From NCBI RefSeq assembly GCF_001462395.1, contig NZ_LNTB01000001.1, forward strand, positions 1 through 32,000: DNA of 32,000 nt, in the 5' to 3' direction. The position numbers were made by a program, and so were the translations under genes. This DNA comes from Pyrodictium occultum (lineage in GTDB: Archaea > Thermoproteota > Thermoprotei_A > Sulfolobales > Pyrodictiaceae). The notes under the pieces are model-generated. The model ran no database searches. It was given only the letters and a program-made list of their open reading frames with translations, and was not told the DNA's origin. Positions 30,714-32,000 of the stretch are shown one piece after another. How positions within the stretch are numbered: position 1 is the stretch's first letter; each line of letters opens with the position of its first letter.

Positions 30714-31054
30714 TACCTGCTGCCCCGGGTACCGCCGTGGCCTGCCCCGGGCTGCTTTAAAGTCTTAGTAGTCTCCTCTATGGCCTTCAGCAGCGAGTAT
30801 AGGTACTCTAGTATCTCGTCCACAGTGTTGCGTAGAGATCCAAGCCTCCTAGGATCCCCGGCCTCTACAGCCAGCTCCAGGACCAGGTCTCCGTCCTCCA
30901 CACGCTCAGAAATCCTCATCCATCGAGGCGCTGTGGCGTCGTCGGGCCGTATAGCGGCCTGGAGCGCTCTAGCAGCCTCCTCGCCAAGCCCCTCTATGCG
31001 CAGGAGGATCTCCACCTTCAGGGCCCTACTGGCATCCGAGCCTGATCTCGCCAA
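30713..31054 (-). CDS. pcc1: Pcc1-like KEOPS complex subunit (probable)
   Basis: 'VEILLRIEGLGEEAARALQAAIRPD...LVLELAVEAGDPRRLGSLRNTVDEILEYLYSLLKAIEE' follows the Pcc1/CTAG pattern (beta-strand, 'A.D...LR..vNs.L' helix). TTG 31054 overlaps the upstream gene by 29 nt. GTG 31015 (VEILL...) is an attractive alternative start. Confidence 0.6.
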   Translation of the reverse strand: MARSGSDASRALKVEILLRIEGLGEEAARALQAAIRPDDATAPRWMRISERVEDGDLVLELAVEAGDPRRLGSLRNTVDEILEYLYSLLKAIEETTKTLKQPGAGHGGTRGSR

Positions 31055-31976
31055 GCAGCTCCCCCTCCCGATAGCGTAGACACTTGGAGTCGATAGCCTC
31101 TCTCACAGCCCCCAGCCCCTGGCTGTAGAGGAGGCTCTCCATGGATACGAGGGCTGTGGAGCCATCCAGCTGGTAGCCGGCCACCTCCTGGCCCCGGATC
31201 ACCCCCAGTTTGCGGAGTATACGCTCCACTGGGAGCAGCGGGGCGTCCCCAACCCTCTCGAGGAGGGCTACTGTGAAGGGGCCGCTCCTCTTCAGTGGGG
31301 GCCTCTTTCTGGAGAGGTTGGCCTCCACGGCATCTACTATGGAGGGTATACTCTCGTGGTAGGTGTAGTAGGCTGCAGCCGCAACTAGGTCCTCCGCCAC
31401 GCCTAGGGAGGCTAGTGCGGCTGCCCCGTGCTTCTCGCCGTAGACCGCTAGGGCTATAGCCGCCTCGCGCAGGTCCTGCAGGGGGGCGGGACGGCTGTAG
31501 TGGGTTATCCCTATCAGCTCCGAGGGCCTGCGCGGCACGCTGCTGGCCTCCTTCAGCATAACGTAGAGCTTCTCCCCGAGGGTTGCCACCGCCTGCTCCG
31601 GCGCCTCCTCCAGGGTCTTGCCGATTAGGGGGGAGAGGCGAGGATCCTCTTCCAGGAGGCGGCGGGCCTCCTCCGGCCTACCCGTTATGCCCGGGAGGTA
31701 GGGCTCAAGGGTCAGGTGAAGGGCCTCCTCCGTCGGCTCGAAGAGCCAGCGGAAGAGCCTGAGGCTGAAGTGCTCCTCCACCCTGTTTTCGAGCTTAAGT
31801 GTCTCTATGATACCGTTTTCTATGCCGGTGAACTCGCCCTTCTTGCCCACGTCAAGGCCGCGCCAGTAGCCCGCAACCACCGAGTAGACCGCGGGGGGCC
31901 CTACGACTGTTATCTCGGAGAGAACCCCGACTAGGAGGCCCGCTATGCTAGAGGAGGTATGGCTCGTCACAGCCAC
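31026..31976 (-). CDS. hypothetical protein (316 aa), first gene of an apparent operon with pcc1-like and rps3ae
   Basis: Long ORF with a GTG start and composition like its neighbours. No motif recognised. Confidence 0.6.
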   Translation of the reverse strand: MAVTSHTSSSIAGLLVGVLSEITVVGPPAVYSVVAGYWRGLDVGKKGEFTGIENGIIETLKLENRVEEHFSLRLFRWLFEPTEEALHLTLEPYLPGITGRPEEARRLLEEDPRLSPLIGKTLEEAPEQAVATLGEKLYVMLKEASSVPRRPSELIGITHYSRPAPLQDLREAAIALAVYGEKHGAAALASLGVAEDLVAAAAYYTYHESIPSIVDAVEANLSRKRPPLKRSGPFTVALLERVGDAPLLPVERILRKLGVIRGQEVAGYQLDGSTALVSMESLLYSQGLGAVREAIDSKCLRYREGELLGEIRLGCQ

Positions 31977-32000
31977 CGATAGGAGGCCTTGGGGTACCTC

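Overview
High-G+C (roughly 60-65% by eye), tightly packed archaeal chromosome segment. The protein signatures are a eukaryote-type RuvBL/TIP49 ATPase, Hel308, an ATP-dependent DNA ligase, ribosomal protein S3Ae and a Pcc1-like KEOPS subunit. A/T-rich TATA-like boxes lie about 26 nt upstream of several starts, and Arg usage is AGG/CGG-rich. Together these point to a hyperthermophilic crenarchaeon (Thermoprotei, Aeropyrum/Pyrodictiaceae-like); the lineage is inference. I support about 30 protein genes, mostly housekeeping: RuvBL, Hel308, TldD/PmbA, rhomboid protease, proC, a sugar-phosphate isomerase-like TIM barrel, divergent guaB/guaA, an MDR dehydrogenase, an aminotransferase, a KaiC-like ATPase, a CBS-fused cation/proton antiporter, DNA ligase, a metallophosphoesterase, a THUMP-SPOUT RNA methyltransferase candidate, Pcc1-like and S3Ae. 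I saw no rRNA, tRNA, CRISPR array, transposase or integrase. No self-evident complete novel system is present. The best candidates for a second look are: (1) a head-to-head pair of PAPS-reductase/DndC-type PP-loop paralogues with unassignable N-terminal modules plus an SD-coupled orphan, lying directly upstream of Hel308 and RuvBL; (2) a solo Cas4-like protein that keeps the four Fe-S cysteines but has lost the nuclease D/E/Q residues; (3) a rhomboid gene whose first transmembrane helix lies upstream of any in-frame start, while a well-positioned leaderless ATG sits one nucleotide out of frame at a G4 run; (4) a C-rich motif (TCACCGCCCC plus a C-run/G-run palindrome) recurring in five intergenic spacers. 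All family calls come from motif recognition by eye and memory. No searches were run.
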